From: Callorhinchus milii
Lineage: Eukaryota
Reading direction: 5' to 3'
Assembly (NCBI RefSeq): GCF_018977255.1
Contig: NW_024704742.1
Span: 111,230,001 to 111,294,000, forward strand
Length of the DNA stretch: 64,000 nt
The notes below the pieces were generated by a model, which ran no database searches, was not told the origin of the DNA, and saw only the letters and a program-made list of their open reading frames with translations. The number at the start of each line of letters is the position of its first letter. The stretch's first letter is position 1. A program made the position numbers and the translations under genes. Below are positions 1 to 11,700 of the stretch, piece by piece.

Positions 1-987
1 GAGGTAGCTGAACGTATCCCCTCGATTTTGGATTGGAAGAAGTCCAGCATCTCCTCGCAGTTGCAGTTTGAGGAGAGGATGGGCAAGGCGTGGGAAGGTG
101 TACGGAGTAGCCGATTAGTGGTGTAAAAAAGAAACCTGGGGTTGTCCTATGCCTCCAGGAAAACCTTGGAGTATGAGGAGGATTTGGCGGAGGCAAGAGC
201 ACAGTCTTGGTGTGGTGAAGCCAAATCTGCCTATGGACTGTTTTTTTTGATTTGGTCTAGGCACGTTCGGCAGCTCGCACTTGTGCCTTGATGGAACGGA
301 GATGGTTGGTATACCAGGGGGATTTACAGGAGTATGAGCCAGTTCGGGAGGTGAGGGGGCTAAGGGAGTCCAGAATGGAGAAAACGGCATTGTGGAGACA
401 AGTGAGGAGGGGAGATCGGTCAGTGAGGGACAGAGGTGAAGGAGTTCAGATGACTTCAGGGCAGTGGACAGGAAGGAAATTTTTTCCATGGACGGTATGT
501 GATGCTGGAGGGTTGAAAAAGGGGAAGGGGTACGGAGGTGTTGAGGGAGATGAAGTGGTGGTCCGAGATGGCTTTATCGATGATGGTGATGTCCGAGACG
601 GTGAGGCCCCGGGTGATCACCAGGTCAAAGGGGTGGCCACGGTCATGGGTTGGGGAGTGGATGAGGGAGAGGCTAAGAGAAGAGAGAAGGGAGGACCAGT
701 CAGCAGAGATCGACCAGGAGGGTGTGAAGTGGAGGTTGAAGTCGCCTAAGATTAGGAGGCATTCAGAGCAGACGGAGAGGGAAGATAGGAGGGTGGAGAT
801 GTCTGAGAGGCAGGTGGGGGAAGGCTTGGGGGGATGGTAAACAAGGAGGATTTTGAGGTAAAGCCTGGAGGGGTGGTAGAAGGTGAGGTGTTCAGAGGAG
901 GAGAAGGTTCTGGAAGAATAAGGGGAAAGGCCAAAGGGGGACCGGGAGATGAGAGCCACACCACCGCCACGGCGATTAGAAAACGGT
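1..987 (-). mobile_element. L2-clade LINE fragment, ORF2 APE endonuclease region, decayed
   Basis: ORF 456..1112 carries the APE motifs RRGGGVALI, VYHPP, ILGDFNLH, PTHDRGHPFDLVIT and SDHH; strong purine/pyrimidine strand skew. Confidence 0.88.
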
Positions 988-1789
988 AACATATAAGTCA
1001 AGAAGAAATATATGGGAGATTGTCGGTCATTGTGAAGATTTATTAAGAACAAGTGAGGTTCACAGGGCTGGAATCTTACAGCACGTACTAAAAAGGTGAC
1101 AAAACTGGCCAAGGCAATTTACAAGTCCATTGGTCTAATATCAATAATGTAAAATAATGAAATTGATTCTAATTGTTTGTACAGTTGAATCACATGCTAA
1201 TTTAATACGCAAATAATTTGATAAGAAAGAGGCAGCCCGGCTTTAGAAGGGGGAGACTGTGCCTTACACATGTTTTCTACACAAATCTGGGCTGGGATGA
1301 TCTGCTGTGAACTAAATCCACAGCAAATCTCACCTCCTGGTTGATGGTTGATTCAATTGCAAAGGTCACTGACTCTCAACAATTCTTTTCAGACCTTAGA
1401 TGACCTCATTGTGCAAATAGGAAGATGTAGCAGTTAGAAAGAGATTACTTTAAGGTGCCTTATAGTAAAAAACAAACCGATTTTGGTGGGTTGCACGTGT
1501 ACCAAAGCTTCATGGTGTTACGCTGTTGGGAATGATGTGGGTTTTCTCCGAGCAACAAACGCAGGATCAGGTGCTGACTGACATGCTTTCTGAAACTATT
1601 TCCTATATTTATGTCAGTTTACGCAGTTCTATAAGTACACTGCACATTGTGTATCATAAAACTACGACAATCTCCACATTTTATTATCATCACTTTACGG
1701 CATGAGCAAAATTTTTCACTTTACTCCTGGCAAATTAAATAGCAGTGAATCAGCCCATTATTAAACCAAAAAGTATTCTAATTGTCTAC

Positions 1790-1920
1790 CTCAGAAAACA
1801 AAAGGGTTCCATTGAAATCTCCAAAGTTTTCCTGAATATAACGTCCATGAATGCTCCAGGTAACGGTAACATTGCCAAGCCCAGGAGGACTCCTTTCAAT
1901 CAGGAACAATAGATTTTCTC
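1790..1920 (-). CDS. ADGRV1: ADGRV1 exon 35
   Basis: Hand translation [44 protein letters not shown]|gtag; 131 nt. Confidence 0.93.
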
Positions 1921-2715
1921 CTAAAAATTGGAAAAGAGAATCAGAGTGAACTCCCAAACTCGCGTCCTAGCGAGAAACATTTGGTTTCAATCATGCAGCA
2001 CACATTTGACTAGTTGCACATCCAATAGATATTTTGTACATAAAGGTCCTAAAAATAAATTTTTTTAAAAAATAAAGTTGAAAAATGAATTTCCATGTTT
2101 ATATTGGGGCCTTGGACTTGTGAAATGCTCAACCAAGAAAAAGCTGATTTTTATTAGATTTATTTGGCCAAAAATCAATCCCCCGAATACAACTTTTCGT
2201 TCACTTCATTGCTAGTTGTGGGACTGCTGTATGCAAATTGCCTGCTGCATCCGCCTACAGAATACACAATCGTTACATTTCACACTATATCCTGTGAAGC
2301 ACTTTGAAAAGTCCTCCAATGTGAAAGGCGCTATATCAAATTTAGGAATTATCATCATTCTTTATTAAAACTTTTTTCAAAATGTAATTTTCTCCATACT
2401 CAGAAGTATTCTGTGGAGTCCTGTAGCTCAGTGGTTAGAGCACTCGCTTTGCAAGCGAGAGACCTGAGTTCAATTCCAGGCAGGGCGAAACCTTGGGCAA
2501 GTTTCCTTACTCCACACGCCTAATAATAATCCCTCCAAAACCAAAAACAATAATAAATTGGTCATTTTCAATCTACGACTGTTTGTGGGACATTGCTGTG
2601 CGCAATTGGCTGCCACGTTTGCCCACAAATATACAGTCAATTCACTTTACAGTGTGTTCTGTGAAGCACTTTGGGACGTCCTCCCGACGTGAAAAGCGCT
2701 ATATCAAATGCAAGG

Positions 2716-2749
<34 letters not shown>

Positions 2750-5700
2750 TGACAAAGTTCTCAGTGTCAATTATATAGGAGCATACATATTTCCAGGACC
2801 CTCAAAATAGCACTGCAATCCATTTGTCTATTCCCAAATTCTGTGATGTAAAACAATACAAAAATGTCATGTTTTAACTCTGCCTGATACCATTGACAAA
2901 ATCATTTCTATTTCTCAAAATCCACATTCTAACAATGTGATGTTGCGTGTCTCTGATTAAAAACTGACAATATATTAGGGAAAGAGAGATGCATAGTGTC
3001 CATATCACTTGAATAATGTGAAATTGGGAAGGATTTCCAACAGAATAGCTAGCACATATTCAAAACAGTTGCAGTTCAACTGATGTAAGATTCACAAATG
3101 AAATACTGTGCATTAATACTCAACTTATAATGCAACTATAATTTACCTTATATGGCAAAGCAGGGTGACACAAAATTGTTTTTCAAGTATTGCATATCTT
3201 TTAAAACTATAGCAACTTGCATTTATATAAAAGTGCCTTTTTAAAAAGTAACAAAAATGCTAATACAGATTGCCAAGTCCAAGAGTCAGAGGATAAAATA
3301 AAATTGTTAACCATCACAAAGTCTTTCTATTTATTTTGCATACATGGCAGAGGTTATTTATTCTATCCTCAGCGGTCATGTTTGATGTGGCAAAGGAAAG
3401 TTTAAAAAGACTGTGGTACTGTAGGAATCAATAACAAAGATTAGAAGTGTCGTCATTAAACACAGAAACCCACCTTCACGTCCAATGACCGACCGGGAGG
3501 AAGTCTGGAAACTAATTACTCCTCCAACATTATCATTTGCCAGGATAACAACAGTGACTGTGTCAGAGCTGGGCAGAATACGACTGCCACCTTCAGTGCG
3601 TGTAAGAGCGATCAGAATCGTTTCACTGTCTTCTGGTTCTTTATCATCTACAATTGTCAAAGTGATGACTTTTCTGTTCTCCCCTGCAAATAAAAATAGA
3701 AATAAAGAACCTCGAGTTCAGGCTGTACAGATTATTTCTTCTCTATGCTTCTACATTGGGGGCTAAAAGCTGCCAACTTTTCCACTAAATCTTTATAATA
3801 GGAAATTACATTATAAAGGCTGAGCAAAAAATACACCAAGCTATTTGTAGAGATAAGAATACATTAGAACTTTGTGTTTGGAGTTCTGCAATACTAAAAT
3901 AATTTGACTTTGTTACCTACATAGAGGACAGAGTTTTTTTATTTTACAATAAGAATAAATAGTGAAATAAAAGCTATTGGTCATGTGTAATGCAGCAAAC
4001 CAAGGCTTTACAAGTTAATCTCCGAATATTAATTATATTTTGGTCCAGATAATTAATTATAATTTTCACTGAACACTTGACATAAACTGTTGAAAAGCTA
4101 TCAGAAATAGGATTTTATTGTTAACAATGTTTCAAAATTATTCTAAATAACAATTTACATTAGAACTGCTATAATATATTGGTTGTTCCTCTCCATGTTG
4201 TAGCCAGCATTTCAAAATAATAAAATCAAATGTGCTTTAACCTATTTTTAATGTATGTCCTATTAATAATACAACAACTAGTACTATAATACCAATAATA
4301 ATAAATCCTACTAATTAATAATAAATCTAAAAATGGTGAGATTTATTTTAAAACTCCACCTGCATTACTGTACAATAACTCTTACATAGACCCACAAGAT
4401 TAGAGAAAGGCATAGTTCCAACTAATTATTACAGTATTCTACACAAAAGACACACAGGAAAAAAATCACAGATCTGATTTACTGTATCATCTAAGTTTTG
4501 AATGAAACAAAAATGACACTAGGTTGTGCAGTTATTGTTTTCCAGTACTATGACAATCTTCTTCATGTTTAAATACGTGCACTGATGGCACGGAGCACAG
4601 GTTTGGAAAAAAGTCATTTGAATGTTAAACATGAAAGATGGACGCACCTTCAGCAAATGTCAAAATACCAACATCACCAACGAAATCGATGTCCTTGAAG
4701 CCGTGCCACCAACCACATTCCACTCCACAGTCACCTGACCAAGGTTACCTCTCCTCCTTTCTATCACAAGTTGCACAGTTACCTGTGCTTGTTCCGTAAC
4801 TTCAAGGTACAAGCCCTGGTCTGTGGCATTAGGGTTGGTGCTGTAAATCAGAAAGATCCCAAATGCATCGCCATTCATAGCTATGACAACACTGGCGACA
4901 TTCGGTTGCCCTACTGCAGGCTGGTTTCTCAGAGTTGCCGCTTCATTCAGCAGCTCAACTCTTAAAAGTGAAATGGCAAATTGTTCATCTCGTTCTGGAA
5001 TAGTGTCACTTTGTATTGAAACCGAGAGATTGGCAAACTGATCTCCGTCACGCATGGTTACTGACATTCCAGTAATTGGCTCATAATCGCTGCCTGGTGT
5101 TGCCTGGGTGCTGAACAGAGATGACACGCTGGAAGTATTCTTGCAATAGGTTGTAAATTCTGTGCCGTTAACTAAAATGTTTGATGTTGAAGCCATCCAT
5201 AAGCACTTTGGCCTCCCAGTGGTATTTGTGAATGAGAAGGCAAAGCAGGCACGCTCTTTCAGACAAGCAGCTGCACATGTGTGCAGAGGATCGCGTTCCA
5301 GTGAAACATTAACCTGGGGAGTAGACTGGCCATTTGGAATGCCAAGGATCGGAGGGTCATAGTAGGAAAATATGTCCTGTCCTTCTTTAACCAAGAGGGC
5401 CACAACATCAGTCTCAAAGGTGGCATAGAATATTCGCAGCTGTCCAAAATACCCCCCACTGTGTTAAATAAGAAAGCACAACACTGTATGAGAAAACATA
5501 CATGAGCACCAACACCTTTTTAGATTCAGAACAGGGTTAAAGTTAACAAAATGCAAAATACTGCAGCTGCTGGAAATCTGAAACAAAAACAGAAGTCATT
5601 GGGAACACTCAGCAGATCAGGCAGCATCCATGGAAAAAGGAAAGTGAGTCATTGTTTGAGTCAACGTTGACTCACTATCCTTTCTCCATAGATGCTGACT

Positions 5701-8700
5701 GACCTGCTGAGTGTTCCCAGCGACTTCTGTCAAAGTTAACAACACTGGCATGTTCTTCAGTTCTTATCACAGAACCCAGGACCATATATATTGCTCAGGT
5801 CTGCCATGAACCAGCAACAACAGCAAGCATCTCTAGTTACTGCTTACAATCCTGCTTCAGCCTCACATTCACCTGTTCATATCTCTCTTGACCTGTTTAC
5901 ATTGGTTCTACACTTGAACACCAGAATTAAATAAGAATGTTTCTGCAAAATATGGTCCAAGTTAAATTTGGATCAAGACTTTTTCAATATCCCCAATAAG
6001 AAGCTGAGATACATGTTCATGCTTTTTTTTAAACAAAACTCTAATTGTGGTTTGACTGGCTACTATATTATGTGACAATAGAGATACATCAATAACAATC
6101 TTCTACAATAAATATGCCAAGCGAGTGATATGACTACTGGCAGCTCATTTTATTTTCAGCTTTTTAAAGCCTGCACTGAGAATGGATTACCTTACATTTA
6201 AACGAAGTTCTCTGGGGACATATCCCAAAACTCAATACCACTTGAGCTGCAAGTATTGTATGTCATATGAATATCAGGGATATAATAGGCAGTTACAATT
6301 CATTACCTGATTAGGATTATAATACTGAATGTGATTATAATTAATTTCAGAAAAGAATACAATCAAACAAAAGATTCTGCATTGTGTTGTTTTTGAAACA
6401 GAAACACAAGTATTCTACAAATATACATCTGTTTAGTGTTTGTGAACAGAATGTCTCTTAAAAGCTGGACTTAGTTTGGACTCAACATACCTTCTTCTCA
6501 ATGAAATATTTTCTACTGAATTTCCTTCTAGTGGTTCCTGAACTCTGTATATAGTCTGCCGGAAGTAAACAGTACCATGTGGGTTGTCATTTGCTGGTAC
6601 GATAATATCTGCCACCTTATCTGTTCCAATAGAACTCCCTGATGAAGTATGGGTAAGCTGCACATGGATAACCTGCAGATAAAATACTAATGTTTAAATA
6701 TCTATTTTTTTGCATACATACACACATAGCCAAATTAAACTAGTTAAAAGAACAATTTAGTAAATAAGCAAATTGTTCTTAAAATGATAGATTAATGCTT
6801 TGCTAATTTCCTATTTGTTTTGTAAAAATCATTTTTGATCATAGATTTCATTCATGGAACATATATGCAGATTGATACATGTATGATGTCAAATGTCATA
6901 CCTGGCTCACTCTTATGGCCCTTATTGCATCCAAGTCAGCAGCATTCCGCCAGCTTCCCAGTCCAGCACTCAGCCCCACAAAACCAATAGCTGACTGCTT
7001 GCACACTTCATGGCCTCAACATTCATAACTCCATACCCTCAGACACAGAGTTGTTCCACTCGCAATCTGGTCAGGCTTTACCCACGACCTGACCCCACAC
7101 CCATTACAATATTAAGACAAAATTCATGGATGGGTTCACTCATTAAATCCATTTTCCTTACCTCCTCAATTTCGGGGAAATCGTCAGCTAGGAGCTCCAA
7201 TTGTAAGGTATAAATTGTTTGTCCTGGTGTGAATGTCACCTCACCCAATGCCAACTGAAGATCACTACTAGCAAGCTGTCCATTCATTGTTGCAACCCAC
7301 TGGATTGTGGCAGCCCCAAGTGTCCCGCCATTACGAACAATGGGAAGCTTTACCTTTGCAGTATTAAACTCTGGTTCTTCGACAATGAATTTGGTACTTT
7401 GAAAAACTATAACAGAAAAATTAACCATTAAGAAGTCCTCCATTTCCATAAATGTTTGCAATTCATATGTTCTAAACCAAATCACACTGTATAATCCATT
7501 GTATATAAATGAATTAGATGAGCAGTGTAAGCACAATGGAGTCTCGTGTCAGCAATTTGAACGCTGCAACCTGGTCTCCATTAACACAAGTTCATTTTTT
7601 TCAAAAATAAAATACAGTTAAAAATTGGAATGTAGAATAGGGTGCATACATGTATTTCATTAGACATACAATAACATGCATTTATATAGTAACTTTCATA
7701 TAGAATAAAAATCCCCAATTGCTCAACAGATATAATGCTAAGCCCAGAGTATGGTAAAGAGAAATTTAATAATGTTGACCAAAGGCACAGTCAAAGAAAT
7801 ACATTTTTAAAGGATTTTTAAGGCAGAGTGAGAGGATCTTAAACTTGATCCTTTTGAGTTACTGGATATCCTATCCACTGTGAATGTAAGTAATTACAGG
7901 TCAATTGTTTCAATTACATCATATACAGTGGGAGCAAAATGAGCACGATTTACAACTTACGTTACAAAGCTTTTTTCATATAAATGAAAATCTCAAAGTG
8001 CTTTCCCAAATGAGTTAAATTTTGTTATGAAGGCAAAGCAACAATTAAAGTGTTATTTGAACTCAAGGTGAGATTAGCGCCTTGCAGTCACTTTTGCGTA
8101 TTCACTACTTTATATTACTGTATGTACTGTTGAGATCATGAGTTTACTTATTTGTTGGCGATGGTAAATGCCACAATTTGTATCCACATTCAGACTGGAA
8201 GTTTGACCTTGCTTTAGTTTCATGACTCTTTTGACTTCAATTTAAAAATCACACAGAATTTTTTTAAAATTAAGTCTTCATTTGGAAGACAGTTTTCTTA
8301 AAGGCAAATAGTCTTAAGGCTAAGACTAGGTTGATTTCAGGCCTCGGGTTACTCTGTGGAGTTAGTACATTTTTTACATTTAAACAGTGAGTGGATTAAA
8401 CCTTTATAAATGCAATCAGTATCTCAAGTGCCTAAATCAGCAGCTAAATGCCTGAAAATAATATTCTCAGTATATATGTTAGGGTGCATTACTATCTCCC
8501 TCATGTTATTAGCTTTAGGAACATAGGAACAAGAGTAGGCCATTGGCCCATCGAGCCTGTCCCACGACTTTCCAAGATCGTGATCAATCCACAACTCAGT
8601 TCCACCTCCTCGCTCTCTCTCCATATCCCAGAATACCCCTGTCTGTCAAGCATATATCAATTTGCCTCTTAAATTCTTCAGCTGACTCTGACTGCACTGC

Positions 8701-11700
8701 CCTCTGGGGAATTCCACATTCCCACCACCCGCTGCCTGAAAAATGCTTCTTTATTTCACTTCTAAACGGTTTAGCCTCAAAATTAAGTCTGCGGCCTCTA
8801 GTCCTCAATTCTCTCACCAGAGGAAACACTATTCAGCCTGTCAAATCTCATCATAATTTTATATATCTCAATTAGATCACCCCTCAATCTTCTGAACTCG
8901 AGAGAATACAACCCAAGTTTTTCTATCCTTTGATTATAATTTAGGCATGTGACACCAGGAATCATTCTAATAAATAGGACACTAGTTTTGCTGTGCAAAC
9001 AAAATCAAGTTCACAAAGATAACTTATACATCACAAACTGAAACAATTTCCAAATGGCCATTTTGTGAGCAACAACTTGTATCTATATAACACCTTTCAC
9101 ACAGGGTACCATTTCGGAGTGCTTAACAGTGAGCTGGGGAGAGAGGGCTGATGTCAAAAGAGGTTGGTCAAAGAGGATTTTTACGTACTGTTGTCCAACT
9201 TATTTAGTCTTATCAGAACTTTTTTTTGTACAACATCCTACTGCACCCTATAAAATGATAATACTGTAGTGTGAAGTATTCTAAGGTAGTTTGGAATGGG
9301 ATATGAAAATAACAAGCTTAACCGTCTGTAATGCAGATTTGCACCTTTGTTACATATTAGACGCATCTCCCATAGCATCTTGTATTATCTATAAACAGAA
9401 CAGACTTTACCAAAAGATCCATAAGGGTCATCAGAGGCTTCGATGGTGACAGTTGCCTGGGTAAGTTCTCCGAGTACAGCTCCTCCTGTAGTTTGGTTAA
9501 TAAGCTCAATGCGAAAAGACTCATCAATTTCAGGGGTGATATCATTCAGTAGATAAATTGGTACAGCTTTACTGGTTTCCCCTTCCAGTAAAATGACATC
9601 AGAAGATGCTACACTGTAATCTTCACCTACACAAAACAAAAATGCACATGAATAAGATTCGATAAAATTAAATAGAACATTGGCAATCTAGGTCCGTAAA
9701 ATCAAACCCCGCTTTATAACTGGGTGTGTCAAACAATGGCTGGTCAGCGCCTCTGTCTAACCATTACCATTAACCCCTGCATGTTCCACGTACGCACACT
9801 ATGTATAGGAAGTGCCATGAAATACTCACTGCACAATGAACATGTAAATCAACAACAGAACTATACTGCATTTCCAGTATACCATGGCGCAGGTCCATAG
9901 TACACCGATAAACAGATCCTCAATGATCTTGTGTTACAACAGCGTTCAACTGTATGTATACTGCATAAATCTTTTTATTATTATTGATGGTACACATGTA
10001 TTATTTTCCAGCAGAGTTTTGTGCTGGTAAAACTATTACAAAGTTAACATTACATTTGGTCAATAGTTTAATGATAATACTTCATTGGATATCGCACTTC
10101 AGAGCATCAAAAAGTCTCAAATTGCTTTATACAGGGAGTTACTTTGCCAAGATTCTCATGTAGTGAAGCTTAGCAATCAAGGTTCCTCCCTGAATACTCA
10201 GTTGGAAGTAACTCAAGCCATGGAGTGGGAAGTGAACCCACAACCCTCTGGCAAGGTGAGAGTGCAATTAAATGAACGAAACCACCACTGCTAACTTGCA
10301 CTGTTCTCCACTTTTTGAAAAATGGATATTTTTATTAAATTTTTTTTCTCTTGGCTCATAATACACTGACTCTTAAGTGCTTTGAGACTCCCTCTCGACT
10401 TAAAGGCGCCATATAAATCTAGATTGTATTGTGCAACATTCAAGCAGCCCTTTCGGCCAACTAGTCCTTTCCAGTATTTATATTCCAGACAAGCATGCAC
10501 GCATCCTAATCTCCTTTTCCTATCCTCTTCCATACCTCTCTTTTCCCTTCTCGCTCATGTATGAAAGTGTCTGTACTTTGTATCATAAGTGATCGACAAG
10601 AAAGGTAGACAATCTACTTTAAGGGCTTCACCAATGTTGTTCTTAAACCAGATGTGTGCAGAATTGTATTTGTAATCTGCGTCCTAACACTCTAATGTAG
10701 AAAATGTGCATATCGGCATCCCAAAATTGCCTTTGTATTAAATTATTGGTGTGGGTACAGAAAAATGGTTTCAAAAAATCTTCTGAATAAATCTTGCATA
10801 CCAACTCTTGCCGTCATTGAAAAAGTTTGAAACTTCACAGAAACGTCTTCAAATATCCCTCCGGTTCTGGTTACATTGATGATCGGTCCAATATAGTTTT
10901 CAGAAATTTGTACAGCAGTAGCTGAAAGCTGCAGGATTCCAAATGCGTCATCATTGGCATCAATAATCACCTGTGCTATGATTTCATTCTTTGGTCCAAG
11001 GCGTGGAGACTCAGAAACTAAAAAACGGAGTTTCAGTAATGATTATAATATCCATTATACCTGCATATACTATTGTAGTAATACATACAAAAAAAGCCTT
11101 GTTCACTTCAGAATTAAACGATTAGTAAATGAGCAGGCTATTCAACAGTTATATCCATCACTGTCTTAAGCATCATGTACTATTATTAGCCTGATTATTC
11201 AGTTCTTCAACAATGTCATTGAACAAAATTATGTTTTCCTCTTGTACAATCTTTGAACCAGCCCTGAATGCTGGACTGTATTATTTCCAATGAGCCATGT
11301 ATCAACACAAGTCAGTTTTATCAAATATCAATCATACAGCAATTTTAATAGAGCAGCATAGCTGGACTATGGCTTACTGTAACTCAATTAAGCACATTAC
11401 CACATAAGTAGTATTGTTTACTCAGCCAATGCTGAATTTTCCAAGCTCAGATAGCTCCTGGTTGGCATTTAGAGCAGGAAGTACTTATTAGGAATAAGGC
11501 ATTCAGCCCATCAAAACTATTTTGCCATTTTATTAATTCAAGTCAGGTCTTTGAATCCCCACCATTTCTCCACATCTCATAATATACTTATCACAAGTGC
11601 CAATCCAAGTGCCAGGGCATTAGGAGAAATACCTTTCTCTTTTCACTTGATCTTAACAGACAAATTGGACCTCAGATTAACATCTCATCCAAAGGATACC

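Noticed and set aside
115..970. Overlapping Pro/Ser-rich and Gly/Glu/Arg-rich ORFs
   Set aside because: Alternative frames and antisense readings of a compositionally skewed L2 fragment; the same holds at 39449-39992, 52655-52941, 56616-57123 and 58078-58582.
2415..2490. tRNA gene (Ala-like, TGC loop)
   Set aside because: It is the head of a multi-copy SINE: it runs into the SINE body and tail and lacks a proper acceptor stem. The same applies to the other copies.
2493..2810. Recurrent ORFs ending [11 protein letters not shown] (also 25207, 39241, 16440)
   Set aside because: Chance translations of the SINE tail and (TTA)n, not a protein family.
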